Shown here: positions 31,172-33,873 of the stretch, piece after piece | Numbering within the stretch: position 1 is the stretch's first letter | How the letters are laid out: every line of letters starts with the position of its first letter | Virus record (IMG/VR): IMGVR_UViG_3300010167_000860 | Location: 71,964 to 105,836 of that record | Direction: 5' to 3' (one strand) | Source: a virus | DNA: 33,873 nucleotides | Notes under the pieces: generated by a model | What the model was told of the DNA's origin: nothing | Seen by the model: only the letters and a program-made list of their open reading frames with translations | The model's database searches: none | Made by a program: the position numbers and the translations under genes

Positions 31172-32274
31172 TATATATTTATACTCATTAATATGTTTAC
31201 TACAGGATTTTTACTGTATAAAGACTCTTTTTTCATCTCTCACCATAATCTGGGATAATCATTATCTTCATCTATATATCATGTAGAAGGACTGTTAAAG
31301 TCAAAATTATCTTTAGATACTATTTTTCAGTCTGTGAAAGTTCCTGATTCTTTCATTTGTCTAGTAGTTCTTGCACTTCCTCCTGTTGCACTATTTACTC
31401 CAGTTGTTGTACTGTCATAGAAATTATCTATAAAAATAAATTTTTGTTGAGGATCTTCTATTATAGGATAAACACCGGAAGTTTTATTAGTTCAACATCT
31501 TGTTAAATAGAAAGTTCCTTTACTTCCTGAAGATGCTCCCCCACATAAACCCCCTGTTGTTAATGTATTAGGAACTGACATTTCACTGTAACAATCCTCT
31601 ATTACAACATCTAAAGCTGAACTTATTCACCCTGTTATTCCTCCTATAGCCCCATCAGCTGGATTTCCTGTTATACTTCCTTTAGCAGCACATTTCACAA
31701 TAAAATTATTGCCTGTTATACAGGCTACTATACCTCCTATAGTACTTTCTTCAGCATTTTTAGATGTCATGTTCCCTTCAAAACTACTATTTTTAATAGC
31801 AGCATTTTCAGCTGTTGAATAAGATATACCTCCTAAGTAATTTCCAGAGCTTGTTCCATTTTTAATATGGACATTATTAATAACAGAATTTCCACTTGCA
31901 TGACCACATAAGAACCCCATCTTATTATCAGTAAGATTAATATTTGGATTCTCTATAACCAGATTACTTATTTCTGCTGAATCTAAACCATCAGTTCCAA
32001 TAGTTTTAAAAAGACCTCTAAATTCTTTAGGATCTGGTCCACTATCCCCACTGATATATAAATTCTTTATTTTATACCCCTTACCATCTAATTTCCCAAA
32101 GAAATTTAATGCCATTGCTGCACCAGGTCATCCTAAACCTGTAGTTCATAAAGTCTTATTAGGTAAAGATCTGTAACAACTGTTATCATTAAAATCTAAA
32201 TCCCTTGTAAGTTCATAACTCCCTCTTTGGTCTATTGAGACTAAATCCTCTAAATAACTAACTAATACTGCCAT
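31171..32274 (-). CDS. GLUG-motif beta-helical protein (adhesin/receptor-binding candidate), 367 aa (TGA=Trp)
   Basis: YELTRDLDF...FFGKLDGKGYKIKNLYI...GLF...IGGIVA, IGGITG repeats, C-terminal (W)YIDEDNDYPRL; ATG 32274, TAG 31171. Confidence 0.8.
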
Positions 32275-32275
32275 A

Positions 32276-33499
32276 TTATAATTCCTCTAAATCTCCAAAT
32301 ATACTTCATTCATTATTCCCTAAACTTAATAAACAGATTATACCTTTATTACGAATAGTAAGACTTAACCCATCCATGTAATTAACAGTAACATTTAAAG
32401 CAGGGGTTACAGTAACAGGAACATTAGTTATTCTACTGTAAAACATCATAGTTCCTACAGGAAATAATATGCCTGTACTGTCATAGGGTATAATTAAGGG
32501 TACAACAGCAGTATGACGTAATATAACTAATACACCTTTATCAGCCATACTAACTGTATGAGGAGGTACTTTATTAATAATACCTATCTCACCTTTTGAT
32601 GTTAATAAATCAGGTATTTTACCTTGACTGTCAGTTAAAACTATTTTACCTAAGCCTATATTAGGATATAAAGCCCCTAAATTACTTTGAGTTGTGCCTG
32701 TACCACTAAAGGATTTGTTATTTGTCAAAGCATAAGTTGGAGTAGATGGTGTAAAAGTAATTTGATGACCCTGAATATGTGTTTCAGAACTATTAAGTAG
32801 GGATTTTAGTGTAATAGAATTTGGGTAAATAGTTGTTTGAGCAGTATTTGTTTGAATTACTTCAACATTTTGATAACCTATTGTCGTAATAAGACTGCCA
32901 TTAGTCCAAGTTTTTTTACCTGTAATATTTTGAGGTGTATCTAAAGTAACATAATTATCTAATGCTGAAGAACCAGACCCTATCTTTTTTCAATTAGACG
33001 TAAATCCATTAACCTTCTTTGATATTATATATAAATCACCAACATTAGAATCATCAGTAACACTTATACCTAATGCTACTGCTGAAAATCCTTCATCATT
33101 TGGCATATCTTGAGCAAAAGTCATAGTAAATAATTCACTTACATTTGGAGGACCTCCTATCATAGGTCCGCTAGGAGTATCCATAAAATATTCCCAACTC
33201 ATAACACCATGTGTTCAAGGGAGAGGTTTAGTTTTATCATCAATGTCCCGAAACACTTGGCTACCTGCATTTTGAGCATAACCTCTTGATAATAACCCTG
33301 TAGATTTTCTTTTATCTAATTCACTTTGCAAAGTTGTAACACTGCTTATAGGAATACTACCTCCCACACTACTACTACTGTGATTATGAACTGAAGGAGG
33401 AAATGTTGGGGGTTTATTTAAAATACTATCTCATTCTAAATCAATATTACCTCCTATATCATCTATATCTAACTGATCTTTTCTTAATTTTGTATTCAT
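32276..33499 (-). CDS. Tail fibre protein, 407 aa (TGA=Trp)
   Basis: (W)DSILNKPPTFPPSVHNH, ISSVTTLQSELD and YVTLDTPQNITGKKTW fibre motifs; C-terminal ...NE(W)SIFGDL. Two track ORFs share the frame. Confidence 0.75.
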
Positions 33500-33512
33500 T
33501 TTATTTATTTTA

Positions 33513-33873
33513 TTATATTTGTAAATGTAAAGGCATATCTACTGTATTACCAAATAATCCTGGTAGTTTGCCTGGTACAAGTGTTCAACCATTCTCTTCA
33601 AGAAACCTACCTCCTATTGAAGGATCAGCATTTATTTCTTCCTTAGTAATGTCTGCTCCATTGTTAGTATCCAGACCTTTGGGAGACCATTCTGGCAAAC
33701 CTTGTGGGTTGAGCATATCTTTGAAAGCAGCATTATTTATACTTTTCCCTCCTTGTGCAAACACAACTCTATAAAAGTAAGTTGCATGAGGTGTAGAGAG
33801 GTTTTCATTTAAAGCAACACAATTTGTAGTTAAACTATTAGCTAGACCTGTTGAACTCAATCCTACTACACCA
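33513..33873 (-). CDS. C-terminal part of an upstream structural/adhesin-like protein (partial)
   Basis: Frame open from the window end, TGA at 33585 read through, TAA at 33513. Confidence 0.6.

Noticed and set aside
29818-33499. Diversity-generating retroelement acting on tail fibres
   Set aside because: No reverse transcriptase and no template/variable repeat pair noticed in this window.
1342-33774. Plus-strand ORFs in the track (e.g. 4804..5124, 5353..5658, 13696..13959, 24578..24847, 33403..33774) and minus-strand 7390..7587
   Set aside because: Antisense or off-frame shadows of longer, family-supported minus-strand genes, with no recognisable motifs.
1-33873. TAG-to-Gln recoding (code 15) as seen in other crAss-like phages
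   Set aside because: TAG closes MCP, auxiliary capsid, ring and endolysin genes at their expected ends.

Overview
Structural and lysis (late) gene region of a crAss-like Bacteroidota phage (Crassvirales), almost all on the minus strand. The phage reads TGA as Trp (code 4). The fragmented ORF track joins into about 25 intact genes once in-frame TGA is read through, and the rebuilt phage genes end in TAA or TAG. Gene order in the direction of transcription: tail-fibre/adhesin genes, lysis cassette (membrane proteins, spanin-like, holin-like, M15 endolysin), scaffold-like protein, major capsid protein (MCP), portal-vertex protein, ring protein, auxiliary capsid protein, tail hub proteins, ring protein, IHF-like protein, ring protein, tail muzzle/stabilisation protein, two cargo proteins, a 3-gene host-like cassette, then the start of a very large virion protein. 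The MCP gene is split into 5 exons by four group I introns; one carries a GIY-YIG and one an HNH homing endonuclease. Most striking observation: read-through of the unspliced mRNA into introns 2, 3 and 4 ends the truncated capsid protein with LAA*, LAA* and IAA*, resembling the ssrA/ClpXP degradation tag. Homology calls rest on recalled protein family sequences and synteny; no searches were run.
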